Assembly: GCA_964585335.1 (NCBI GenBank)
Contig: CAZPED010000001.1
Location: forward strand, 1 to 39,019
Length of the DNA: 39,019 nucleotides
Direction of reading: 5' to 3'
Source of the DNA: an uncultured Planctomycetaceae bacterium
GTDB taxonomy: Bacteria > Planctomycetota > Planctomycetia > Pirellulales > PALSA-1355
The position numbers and the translations under genes are program-made. The notes under the pieces were generated by a model. That model made no database searches and was not told the origin of the DNA. It saw only the letters and a program-made list of their open reading frames with translations. Within the stretch, counting starts at the first letter, position 1; every line of letters begins with the position of its first letter. Of this stretch, positions 18,710 through 25,785 are shown piece by piece.

Positions 18710-18904
18710 TTAGTAGCAAAGCTTGCTCGACATGTCGTCGCTTCCGCTGACCAGGGCCCACAGCGCATCGCGACGCCACTGGGCCTCGCGACGGCGTTGC
18801 TGGCGTTCCAGCGGCGTCCACGAATCGCGAATTCTGGTACTGCGCCGTTCAATCTGGCGCCGCGAGAGCATTTCGTCGGAACGCGTGGTTTGATGAACAG
18901 GCAT
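18710..18904 (-). CDS. small basic hypothetical protein (64 aa), paralog-like of 334-543
   Basis: GAGGAG lies 9 nt upstream of the ATG. The motif QIERRSTRIRDSWTPLERQQRR aligns with MIRRRAAAIQRQWSQHTRIKRA of the 334-543 ORF. It lies downstream of a consensus sigma-54 box and upstream of the receiver gene. Confidence 0.45.
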   Translation of the reverse strand: MPVHQTTRSDEMLSRRQIERRSTRIRDSWTPLERQQRRREAQWRRDALWALVSGSDDMSSKLCY

Positions 18905-18985
18905 CGGTCAGACTCCTCTTGAGAAACCTGTGAATTGTTGCAGGCGGCTCTGCGCAAAAAGACGCAGAAAGCGGAAAGCCCAAAA

Positions 18986-19001
18986 AGCAAAGAGCGTGCC
19001 A
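18986..19001 (-). promoter_or_regulatory. candidate sigma-54 promoter (minus strand reads TGGCACGCTCTTTGCT)
   Basis: A perfect match to TGGCACG-N4-TTGCT. The box lies 82 nt upstream of the ATG at 18904. Confidence 0.6.
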
Positions 19002-19198
19002 CGGCCGGAACTCACGGCACGCTTTAGCACGATCAACCCCAGACGCTTTACCAGCTTGAGCCAAAAGCCCTGGTCGATTGTCGAGCGATCCGCTGCCACG
19101 CAGCCTGGTCGACAAACGACCGACCAGCAGGGCTGACCAATGCCAGCGGTGGCGAGTTCGTCGGCGCGAACGAGTCGAAAAAGCCGAGTCTGGGTGGT

Positions 19199-19214
19199 TG
19201 GCACGCCACATGCA
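19199..19214 (+). promoter_or_regulatory. candidate sigma-54 promoter, TGGCACGCCACATGCA
   Basis: TGGCACG is exact. GG (19200-19201) and GC (19212-19213) are 10 nt apart. The box lies 79 nt upstream of the ATG at 19293. Confidence 0.5.
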
Positions 19215-19292
19215 TAGGGCTGGCTGACGCACTTCGGCCGAACTTTGTCGCTCTTTAAACTCATCGCCTTCGACGAAAGGGAGGATGCCAGC

Positions 19293-19466
19293 ATGTTGTA
19301 CTGGGCTGCCGTATTCCTTGTGATCGCGCTGGTGGCCATGGTGCTGGGTTTCAGCAGCGTGGCGGCTAGCGCGGCGGGGATCGCCAAAATCTTGTTCTTC
19401 GTGTTTCTCGTGCTGTTCGTTGTCAGCCTGGTTTTTGGCGGCTTGCGCCGCGGACCGGCCCCCTAA
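19293..19466 (+). CDS. DUF1328 (UPF0391) small membrane protein
   Basis: [47 protein letters not shown] is the family signature. GGGAGG lies 7-8 nt upstream. The track ORF starts earlier, at 19245. Confidence 0.85.
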   Translation: MLYWAAVFLVIALVAMVLGFSSVAASAAGIAKILFFVFLVLFVVSLVFGGLRRGPAP

Positions 19467-19515
19467 CCATTAAGGGCGCCATGCCGCCCCATACGTCACA
19501 GAAGGAGAGCAAATT

Positions 19516-20010
19516 ATGCGATATTTCGTCACGTCATTGTCGTTGGCCTGCTGCCTGGCCGCCGCGCCCGCGATGGCCGCCGACGCACCGGCCGGTACCC
19601 CCAAAACGAACGCCAACGCCAACAATCGCATCCTGGTCGCCAAGGCGTTTCGCACGAGCAAGCTCACAGGCCTAAACGTGCGTAATAGCCAAGGCGAAAA
19701 GCTGGGCACTGTGAACGATCTGGTCGTCAACATTGAAACCGGCAAGATCGCCTACGTGGCCTTGTCGTACGGCGGCGTACTGGGCATCGGCGACAAGCTG
19801 TTCGCCGTGCCGTTCTCGCAGCTGAAGTTCGACCACGGCAAGGACGAGATGTTCTTTGTGCTGGACATGCCCAAGGAAAAGCTCCAGGCGGCCCCCGGCT
19901 TCGATCAGAGCGATTGGCCGAACTTTGCCGACCCCACCTGGTCGGAGAAGATCGACAACTACTACCGCCGTGCTCAGACCACGACCGGCAGCAAGGAAGT
20001 GGCGAGGTAG
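19516..20010 (+). CDS. secreted PRC-barrel domain protein
   Basis: The signal peptide is MRYFVTSLSLACCLAAAPAMA. The PRC-barrel core is LTGLNVRNSQGEKLGTVNDLVVNIETGKIAYVALSYGGVLGIGDKLFAVPF. AAGGAGAG serves as the Shine-Dalgarno. Confidence 0.8.
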   Translation: MRYFVTSLSLACCLAAAPAMAADAPAGTPKTNANANNRILVAKAFRTSKLTGLNVRNSQGEKLGTVNDLVVNIETGKIAYVALSYGGVLGIGDKLFAVPFSQLKFDHGKDEMFFVLDMPKEKLQAAPGFDQSDWPNFADPTWSEKIDNYYRRAQTTTGSKEVAR

Positions 20011-20054
20011 CAAGCTCGTTGCCAAGTCGCGCACCCAACGCCTCCAGTAGCGCG

Positions 20055-20078
20055 GAAAAAAGCATCCCGCGGGATGCT
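20055..20078 (-). terminator. intrinsic terminator downstream of the hybrid kinase gene
   Basis: The minus strand reads AGCATCCCGCGGGATGCT, a perfect 18-nt palindrome, followed by TTTTT. It lies 24-47 nt after the kinase stop codon (20102-20104). Confidence 0.6.
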
Positions 20079-20101
20079 CCGCGACTGGGGGCGGTTGTGT
20101 T

Positions 20102-22546
20102 TCAGCCGGCGGCCGGCCTCCGATGCGGCGCTAGCCCCTGTTGCAGCCGCGCAATCTCGCGCTCGAGGTCATCCAACCCTGCGGCCGCCTCGTCGAGTTG
20201 CTTGTCGCGACCGGCCTTTTCCACGCGGGCTGCTGCCCGCACGGCGTCGTGGGCGTCGAAGTTGGCCACCAGCCCTTTCAAACTGTGGGCTGAGCGCGTG
20301 ACGGCTTCCGGGTCTCCGTTGGCCAGTCCTGCGCGGACTTGGTCGAGCAGTGCAGGCGAGTCTTCGAAGAAGAACTCGATGAGCGTGGCCAGAAAGCCCC
20401 GGTCGTCGCCCAGCCGCGCCAGCGCGGCTTCGAGGTCAAAGATGCGTTGGGCAGCCATGGCAGAGGGCGCCTTTGCTTGAGGTAACTGGTCGGCAGCCCC
20501 GGCAGCGTCATCGCTGCTCCATTTCTCCACCGCTTCAATCAGTCGCGCGCCATCGACGGGCTTCGACAGGTAGGCGTCCATGCCCACGGCCAGGCAGCGC
20601 TCGCGGTCGCCGGGCATGGCATGCGCGGTCAGCGCCACAATTGGCACCCTTTGTCCCAGCTGCGCTTCCAGCGAACGAATGGCCACGGCCGCCTGCAACC
20701 CGTCCATGACCGGCATCTGTACGTCCATCAGAATGATATCAAATGGATGCCGGCGGATCATGTCGACCACCTCCCGCCCATTTCGGGCAACCTCAACCGC
20801 ATGGCCTCGCCGAGAGAGAATGCGCTGGACGATCTTCTGGTTCACCACCGTGTCTTCGGCCAGCAAAACTTGCAAGCGGCGGGGCGCCGCGTACATGACC
20901 GTTGCGGGCGGCTCTGCGGCCGTGCTGGCCGGCGTCGCAAGGCCCCACGCATCGCACAACGCCCGCCAGGTGCTGCGCCGGCCGACCGGCTTTTCCAGAT
21001 AAACGACCGGACGATGCGCGCTGGCGGTCGTCGGCGCCGCGCCCAAAGCCCGCGGAATGATCAGCGGAACGTCGGACGGCTGCGCGGCCAGCCACTCGGC
21101 CAGGCTTGCGCCTTGCGGGCCTGGCACCGAGGCATCGACCACGAGCAGATCGTGGCTCTGCCCGGTATCGCTCAGTTGGGCAATTAGTTTCTCACCGCTG
21201 ACGGTCGCGTCGAGGACCGTGGCTCGCAATTTCCAGCTCGTCAGCAGTTCGGCCAGAATGCTGCCCGAGGTGGCCTGCGGATCGAGGATCAGCACGCGGC
21301 GACCGGCCATTTGTTCAGCGCCAGGCCGTTTGCTGTCGGCGTGGTCGGCAGGCCGCGACTCCAATTGCAACGTCAACCGCACCAGAAAGGTGCTGCCAGA
21401 GCGCGGCCGGCTGTCGACCGAGAGCGTGCCGCCCATCAGGCGCACCAGCTTTTGCGCAATGGCCAGTCCCAGGCCGGTGCCGCCATGCCGCCGCGAGCTG
21501 GACGAATCGACTTGCGTGAACGGCTCGAATATTCTCGGCTGGTCTTCTTCGGCAATGCCGATTCCGGTATCGGAGACCGAGAACAGCAGCACGACCTCTT
21601 GCGCCGCGAGGCTTTCGACGTCGACCCTGAGCACGACTTCGCCCCGCTGGCTGAATTTCAGTGCATTGTTGAGCAGATTGGTCAGCACTTGCCGCAATCG
21701 CGGGGCATCGCCGCGGATGCGGTCGGGCACGCCGGCCGCCAGGGCATAGCTCAGCTCCAAGCCCTTCTCCACCGCCACGGCACAAAACGGCCTGATCGTC
21801 CCTTCCAGCAACTGTTCGAGGTCAAACGGATTGGCGTCGAGCGTGAAGCTGCCCGACTCCAGCTTCGAGTAGTCGAGAATGTCGTTGACCAGCCGTACCA
21901 GCACCTCGGCCGAGCCTTTGGCGATTTGCAGATACTCTCGCACCGCTGCCGGCGGATCCTCGTCGAGCGCCAGCTCGGTCATGCCGATGATGCCGTACAT
22001 TGGCGTGCGCAGCTCATGGCTGACGTTGGCCAGAAAATCTCCCTTGGCCCGGTCGGCGGCCTCGGCATATTGCCGTGCGCGGCGCAAGTGCTCTTGCGCG
22101 GTGCGGCGCGCGTCGTCTTCTTGCAAGGCTAACAGCCAGCCTTGCTGATCAAGCGGCACCCATTGCAAGGTCACGTGGCGGTACAACCCGCTGGGCTGGT
22201 GCCATAATCGCAAGTAGCACCGGCTTGCCGTCCGCTTGGCGGTCGCGGTGGTACAGGCGGTGGCCAGTGCCGGCCGATCGAACGTATGCACCGCGTTCGT
22301 CCAGCCCTGCCCGTTGCAATCAGACCAGTTTTGACCGGTGAAGGTCTCCCAGAACGGCTGGTGTTCGACGAAACTCCAATCGTCGTGACAGCGGCACACC
22401 ATGTCGCAGGCGGCGCTCGTCAGCAGGCGCAACTCGGCATCCGACAAGCCCGTGGCGAAACGAGTCAGCGGCCCGGGCTCCCCATCGATGCGCAGCCGCT
22501 CGGCAGGCTGATCGCGACGAGCGGCCGAATCGCGTGGGGATTGCAT
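20102..22546 (-). CDS. soluble hybrid sensor histidine kinase: PAS-like, HisKA, HATPase_c, degenerate receiver, receiver, Hpt
   Basis: The H-box is [13 protein letters not shown] and the G-boxes are DTGIGI...[10 protein letters not shown] degenerate REC (RRVLILDP...LLVVDAS) is followed by a canonical REC ([29 protein letters not shown]). A C-terminal Hpt carries SAHSLKG. No transmembrane segments are visible. The first ATG is at 22546, and the track extends to a TTG at 22666 through an Arg-rich stretch. Confidence 0.85.
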   Translation of the reverse strand: MQSPRDSAARRDQPAERLRIDGEPGPLTRFATGLSDAELRLLTSAACDMVCRCHDDWSFVEHQPFWETFTGQNWSDCNGQGWTNAVHTFDRPALATACTTATAKRTASRCYLRLWHQPSGLYRHVTLQWVPLDQQGWLLALQEDDARRTAQEHLRRARQYAEAADRAKGDFLANVSHELRTPMYGIIGMTELALDEDPPAAVREYLQIAKGSAEVLVRLVNDILDYSKLESGSFTLDANPFDLEQLLEGTIRPFCAVAVEKGLELSYALAAGVPDRIRGDAPRLRQVLTNLLNNALKFSQRGEVVLRVDVESLAAQEVVLLFSVSDTGIGIAEEDQPRIFEPFTQVDSSSSRRHGGTGLGLAIAQKLVRLMGGTLSVDSRPRSGSTFLVRLTLQLESRPADHADSKRPGAEQMAGRRVLILDPQATSGSILAELLTSWKLRATVLDATVSGEKLIAQLSDTGQSHDLLVVDASVPGPQGASLAEWLAAQPSDVPLIIPRALGAAPTTASAHRPVVYLEKPVGRRSTWRALCDAWGLATPASTAAEPPATVMYAAPRRLQVLLAEDTVVNQKIVQRILSRRGHAVEVARNGREVVDMIRRHPFDIILMDVQMPVMDGLQAAVAIRSLEAQLGQRVPIVALTAHAMPGDRERCLAVGMDAYLSKPVDGARLIEAVEKWSSDDAAGAADQLPQAKAPSAMAAQRIFDLEAALARLGDDRGFLATLIEFFFEDSPALLDQVRAGLANGDPEAVTRSAHSLKGLVANFDAHDAVRAAARVEKAGRDKQLDEAAAGLDDLEREIARLQQGLAPHRRPAAG

Positions 22547-22768
22547 AGACAAGATCTGATTGTCTGCGCGGCATCGGCCTGGGGGGCGCCTGCACGGAGT
22601 TGGTCCGCGTACCCTGCGGATCTCGATGGAGGGACACTTTCGGCTGGATTTCCGCTTAACCAACAAATCCCGCTGAGCTCCTGCGATGCAGCGGGGGTCA
22701 CTTCTGCTTGGTTACGCTGCTTATGAGCCGCCGAGATATGATTCGACAGCCGAAGCCATGCATGTAAA

Positions 22769-22784
22769 TGCACATCGCATGCCA
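22769..22784 (-). promoter_or_regulatory. candidate sigma-54 promoter (minus strand reads TGGCATGCGATGTGCA)
   Basis: GG-N10-GC spacing. The -12 half, GATGTGCA, is identical to the box at 16558-16573. The box is upstream of the hybrid kinase, about 100 nt from the TTG at 22666 and about 220 nt from the ATG at 22546. Confidence 0.4.
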
Positions 22785-22972
22785 AGGGGCCAGGCTGTCG
22801 CTTTCCTGGAGCAAGCCGCTACCCCTCAAGTACTTAGGATAGGCCATCGGCTTAGCGGCCGTCTCTTCGCCTGGTCAAAAACCTGCCGCGTCGGTCAGCC
22901 GCCAGCCACGGCACGCAGGCCCTGCAAGAACGGTGGCCTAAAAGATGGCCGAATTCGGCGACCCGCCAACCG

Positions 22973-22988
22973 TGGCACGAAGTTTGCC
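22973..22988 (+). promoter_or_regulatory. candidate sigma-54 promoter, TGGCACGAAGTTTGCC
   Basis: TGGCACG and TTGC are both exact. GG (22974-22975) and GC (22986-22987) are 10 nt apart. The box lies in the long intergenic region upstream of the lipoprotein gene at 23257. Confidence 0.55.
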
Positions 22989-22998
22989 TTAAGCGGGC

Positions 22999-23073
22999 TC
23001 TCGCTGAAACGCGGCCGAGTCGCTGAGTCGCCCCGGTGTTATGGGGACGGCTCAGCACTCAGCGGGAGCGAGA
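22999..23073 (+). other. 75-nt imperfect extended hairpin at the predicted start of the 22973 promoter transcript
   Basis: Nested complementary arms: TCTCGCT(22999-23005)/AGCGAGA(23067-23073), GAGT/ACTC, GCTGAG/CTCAGC and CCCC/GGGG, around the loop GGTGTTAT. No credible ORF covers it. Confidence 0.4.
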
Positions 23074-23256
23074 TCACCTCACGCTTCCGAGCTCGGCCGG
23101 CCGAGTCGGTTTCAACCTGTTCCGTCGGCGCTAGAGGTGCGCGCCGCAGGAAGACAGGGTGACGACCGTAACGCAACTTTGCTCCGCGATATCCGAGCTT
23201 CGACAGACGTTCTGCTCGACGATCGGAATCGCGTACTCACGCCGAGGAACTTAACC

Positions 23257-23454
23257 ATGAAACGCTTCGCCGTCGTTTGCTCACTGTTGGCCCTGACCTT
23301 CCCCGCGATCGTTGGCTGCGAGAAGAAAGCTAAGACCGAACATCAAGAAACGGTTAGCGGCCCCGGCGGCAAGACGACCACCACCGATACGCACACCGTC
23401 GAATCGTCTGGCCAGAATCCGCCGGCCAATACCCAGGGCGAAACCGCCAAGTAG
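23257..23454 (+). CDS. small lipoprotein (65 aa)
   Basis: The signal plus lipobox is MKRFAVVCSLLALTFPAIVGC. The mature part is Thr/Gly/Pro-rich and low in complexity. GAGGAA serves as the Shine-Dalgarno. Confidence 0.7.
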   Translation: MKRFAVVCSLLALTFPAIVGCEKKAKTEHQETVSGPGGKTTTTDTHTVESSGQNPPANTQGETAK

Positions 23455-23580
23455 CGGCAAGGCGTCCAAGTGCCTTGCTCGGGTGTCGTGCTGGCCTCGA
23501 ACGCCACCAGGTCAGGCCAGCACGGCCCCGCGGCAAGGCCGAGGCCACTCGACGGCTCGTCACGAGCGAAAGGAACTGTC

Positions 23581-23733
23581 ATGGGTACCATCTTATTGAT
23601 CATTTTGATTTTGTTGTTGCTGGGGGCCGTTCCCGCCTGGCCGTACAGCCGCAACTGGGGCTATTACCCCAGCGGCGGGTTGGGCTTGGTGGTGGTCATT
23701 CTCATCGTGCTGTTGCTGATGGGCCGCATTTGA
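23581..23733 (+). CDS. DUF3309 family small membrane protein
   Basis: MGTILLIILILLLLGAVPAWPYSRNWGYYPSGGLGLVVVILIVLLLMGRI matches the family signature over its full length. AAGGAA serves as the Shine-Dalgarno. Confidence 0.85.
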   Translation: MGTILLIILILLLLGAVPAWPYSRNWGYYPSGGLGLVVVILIVLLLMGRI

Positions 23734-23837
23734 CGGACGCACTGCCTTGGCCGCGCGGCGACCATGCTGGTCGGCGCCGGCGCTGCCCGAGGGCCTTGGG
23801 TAGTGGCCATGTGCTCATGCAGCGAACCAATTGCCGA

Positions 23838-23853
23838 CGGCACACTTTTTGCC
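23838..23853 (+). promoter_or_regulatory. candidate sigma-54 promoter, CGGCACACTTTTTGCC
   Basis: GGCAC and TTGC are both exact. GG (23839-23840) and GC (23851-23852) are 10 nt apart. The box lies 45 nt upstream of the ATG at 23899. Confidence 0.5.
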
Positions 23854-23898
23854 CCTAGCCGTCCGCGGTTCGAAACACTCAACCTGAAGGAGGCAGTC

Positions 23899-24423
23899 AT
23901 GCTCAATCAACAGACGCTCAGCGGACACTGGAACGAGGTCCGCGGCAAACTGAAGGAAAAGTGGGGTAAGCTCACCGACGATGATCTGCGCAGCTTCAAC
24001 GGCAACGTCGACCAGCTCGTCGGCCGCATTCAACAGCGCACCGGCGAAACGCGGGAAGCCGTCGAGCAGTTTCTCGGGCAGATCTCGGGCGAAGGCTCGA
24101 ACATGCTCGACGCCGCGCGGCAGCGCGTCGAAGAAACCGCCAACCAGATTGGCGACAGCATGCGTCAAGGTTACGACGGGCTGCACCAGGGCTACGCCGA
24201 GGCCGAACGCGTGGTGCAAGAGCGCCCGGCCCAATCGCTGGCGGTCGCCTTTGGCGTCGGCCTGCTCGCCGGCATCGGCGTCACGCTGCTGCTGCACGAA
24301 GGCGCGCAGCGCCGCACGCTGTTCGACCGGGGGCGCTCGAATACCGAGCACTTTGGTCGCTATATGCGCGACATGCTCAGCAACTTCACTCCCGAAACGC
24401 TGACCAAGAACTGCCGCTCGTAG
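23899..24423 (+). CDS. CsbD-domain protein fused to a DUF883 (ElaB/YqjD-like) tail-anchored region
   Basis: The CsbD core is GHWNEVRGKLKEKWGKLTDDDLRSFNGNVDQLVGRIQQRTGETREAVEQF. The DUF883-like region is AERVVQERPAQSLAVAFGVGLLAGIGVTLLL. A strong Shine-Dalgarno GAAGGAGG precedes the start. The track ORF begins earlier, at 23764. Confidence 0.85.
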   Translation: MLNQQTLSGHWNEVRGKLKEKWGKLTDDDLRSFNGNVDQLVGRIQQRTGETREAVEQFLGQISGEGSNMLDAARQRVEETANQIGDSMRQGYDGLHQGYAEAERVVQERPAQSLAVAFGVGLLAGIGVTLLLHEGAQRRTLFDRGRSNTEHFGRYMRDMLSNFTPETLTKNCRS

Positions 24424-24453
24424 AGCGTAGCCCGGCGGACAGGGAGCGTGATC

Positions 24454-24897
24454 GTGAAGCCATCACCGCGCGTCGATGAACTGCAACGGCAACTGGCCCA
24501 AGCGCGGGCCGCCTTGACCGACGACCTGGCGGGCGCGCTCGGAAGTGCCAAAACGCTGACCAATTGGCGGTACCACTTTCGGGCGCGACCGCTTTGGTTC
24601 TGCGGCGCCGCGATGCTGGCGGGCTACCTGGCCGTACCCCGGCACCGGCAGCCGCCGAGCATCGCGATCGCCAGTAACGAAGCTTACCGCCCGCTGCAGG
24701 CGGCCGAAGCTCCCAGCCCCTCGCTGATCAAAGCGCTGGCGCTGATGGCGGCGACGACCATTGGCAAGGAACTTCTTGCCAGCGCGCGGCTCAAAGGCAC
24801 CGAGTGGTTGATGCGGCAGCTCCATACCCGCGCCAGGCAACAGACCGGACCCCAGCCGACCTCGGAGTTCACGTTCGATGATTACTCGCATCCGTAA
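24454..24897 (+). CDS. hypothetical membrane protein (coiled N-terminus, one TM; DUF3618/YqjK-like context)
   Basis: AGGGAG lies 7 nt upstream of the GTG at 24454, and the track uses the GTG at 24448. Carries VDELQRQLAQARAALTDDLAGA, then WRYHFRARPLWFCGAAMLAGYLAV. It sits in operon position between DUF883 and holin-like genes. Confidence 0.55.
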   Translation: MKPSPRVDELQRQLAQARAALTDDLAGALGSAKTLTNWRYHFRARPLWFCGAAMLAGYLAVPRHRQPPSIAIASNEAYRPLQAAEAPSPSLIKALALMAATTIGKELLASARLKGTEWLMRQLHTRARQQTGPQPTSEFTFDDYSHP

Positions 24898-25060
24898 TGG
24901 AAAGCCGCGGCCGGTTGGCGCTCAGCGGGAATCTGCGCCGCGTGTCTCGGCGGGCTTCGAAACCTGGCCCGGCAGGACATTGCGTTTGCATCCGCGGGCC
25001 AGTCTGGTGTCGTTCTTCGCCGCCGGGTTGCTGCTCGGCTGGATGGTGAAGCGACGATGA
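24878..25060 (+). CDS. small tail-anchored hypothetical protein (60 aa)
   Basis: The C-terminus LVSFFAAGLLLGWMVKRR resembles DUF883-type anchors. Its stop overlaps the next start as ATGA (25057-25060). It overlaps the previous ORF by 20 nt. Confidence 0.4.
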   Translation: MITRIRNGKPRPVGAQRESAPRVSAGFETWPGRTLRLHPRASLVSFFAAGLLLGWMVKRR

Positions 25061-25497
25061 GCACTTCGCCCACCAGACAACTAGGACGGCGCGCCGGCGG
25101 AGTCGCCCATGACCTGCTGACAATTGCCGAGCTGCAATGGCAACTGCTGCTACTCGATCTGCGCGACCTGTCAGGAACGCTCGCGCGGCGAAGCGCCGTG
25201 CTGCTGGGGGCGCTGATCCTCGCGGCCAGCAGCTTGCCACTGCTGCTGGCGGGAGCAGGCATTTGGATCGCGACGGCCTGCGGCTACGGCGCGGGTCCGG
25301 GACTGGTGGGGGCCGGCCTGGTCGCGGGGGCGCTGGCCGCACTTGGTGGCTGGGCTGCCACCCGCACATCCGCAAACCCGCCAGGCTTCGCGCGCTCGCA
25401 GGAGGAACTGCGGGCAAACCTGGCAACCCTCAAACAGTTGCTCCGCGAGCTCGGCAGCCCGGACGACGACGACTCGACGAATCATTTCAATCACTGA
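25057..25497 (+). CDS. phage-holin-superfamily / YqjE (DUF1469)-like membrane protein
   Basis: Two adjacent transmembrane helices (AVLLGALILAASSLPLLLAGAGIWIA and GLVGAGLVAGALAALGGWAA) follow an amphipathic N-terminus (LLTIAELQWQLLLLDLR). The context matches yqjD-yqjE-yqjK type clusters. Confidence 0.6.
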   Translation: MSTSPTRQLGRRAGGVAHDLLTIAELQWQLLLLDLRDLSGTLARRSAVLLGALILAASSLPLLLAGAGIWIATACGYGAGPGLVGAGLVAGALAALGGWAATRTSANPPGFARSQEELRANLATLKQLLRELGSPDDDDSTNHFNH

Positions 25498-25523
25498 CAC
25501 TTCATAGCAAAGGAGTTCTTCTC

Positions 25524-25724
25524 ATGGCAACCACTGCCAGCAATCGTGCGCAACGTCCGCGTCAATCGGCCCCCACGACCGCACAACTGGAAGAGTCGGC
25601 CCACGAAATTACGACCGACCTGGTCGACTACCTGACCAACTATGCCCGACAGAAGCCTGGCTATGCGGCCCTCTGCTGCATTGGCGTTGGTTTCGTGCTA
25701 GGCTGGAAGCTCAAGCCCTGGTAG
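25524..25724 (+). CDS. small DUF883-like tail-anchored protein (66 aa)
   Basis: AAGGAG lies 8 nt upstream. The C-terminus is YARQKPGYAALCCIGVGFVLGWKLKPW. Confidence 0.6.
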   Translation: MATTASNRAQRPRQSAPTTAQLEESAHEITTDLVDYLTNYARQKPGYAALCCIGVGFVLGWKLKPW

Positions 25725-25785
25725 CGTGCTGCCTGGGCGGCTCGACCGTACGCCCCGATGCCGGTTCGGAAGGGATTTAAGCTTC

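Noticed and set aside
18945-19023. Minus-strand hairpin (8-bp stem) plus T-rich tract, read as an intrinsic terminator or attenuator
   Set aside because: No minus-strand gene lies upstream for it to terminate. The hairpin arm plus the T-rich tract match the sigma-54 consensus TGGCACGCTCTTTGCT exactly. An attenuator role cannot be fully excluded.
22909-22926. CGGCACGCAGGCCCTGCA in the kinase/lipoprotein spacer
   Set aside because: It has a good -24 element and a TGCA, but GG to GC spacing is 12 nt. It is not counted as a promoter. The 10-mer is noted only as a word shared with 19013-19022.
22686-23162. 158-aa plus-strand ORF in the long kinase/lipoprotein intergenic region
   Set aside because: It has no Shine-Dalgarno and no recognisable domain, and its composition is Arg-rich. 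It spans the sigma-54-like box and the 75-nt hairpin, which are better explained as non-coding regulatory sequence.
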